Below, one piece after another: positions 26,023 to 26,039 of a stretch of DNA of 26,039 bases. Numbering within the stretch: the stretch's first letter is position 1; each line of letters opens with the position of its first letter. The notes beneath the pieces are model-generated. The model made no database searches. It was not told where the DNA came from and was given only the letters and a program-made list of their open reading frames with translations. Position numbers and translations under genes: made by a program. The stretch spans positions 1-26,039 of the IMG/VR virus record IMGVR_UViG_3300029145_000023; one strand, 5' to 3'. The DNA comes from a virus. Its lineage: Duplodnaviria > Caudoviricetes.

Positions 26023-26039
26023 GATCGTGACTGGGAAAC
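26023..26039 (-). other. Random-amplification primer remnant
   Basis: GATCGTGACTGGGAAAC is the reverse complement of positions 1-17. Confidence 0.95.

Noticed and set aside
1-26039. Perfect 17-bp terminal inverted repeat suggesting a transposon or linear genome ends
   Set aside because: It is the GTTTCCCAGTCACGATC amplification primer, and genes are cut at both ends, so it is a library artefact.

Overview
A 26-kb fragment of a temperate siphovirus-like phage in its non-integrated (attP) form. The first and last 17 nt are a random-amplification primer, not phage DNA. Almost all genes are on the minus strand. From the right end these are: terminase, lambda-type portal, ClpP protease, capsid, tail tube, chaperone with a predicted -1 frameshift, short tape measure and tip genes. 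Next come a plus-strand tyrosine integrase operon, a PAS-LuxR regulator, an attP made of the 3' half of tRNA-Leu(GAG) and a small XRE HTH gene. The early operon follows: CsrA-like, RecT-like, ParB/MT-A70, HNH, replication initiator, a second tyrosine recombinase and an RNAP alpha-CTD homologue. A Planctomycetota host is a tentative inference from gene style only. The most notable signal is in the switch region (7676-8290). A structured ~80-nt RNA element directly 3' of the attP tRNA half carries 18 nt complementary to the predicted first 19 nt of the early lytic transcript, just ahead of a U7 tract. This suggests an integration-coupled, tRNA-trailer antisense RNA switch in a phage with no classical CI in this window. 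All calls come from reading the sequence; no database searches were run.
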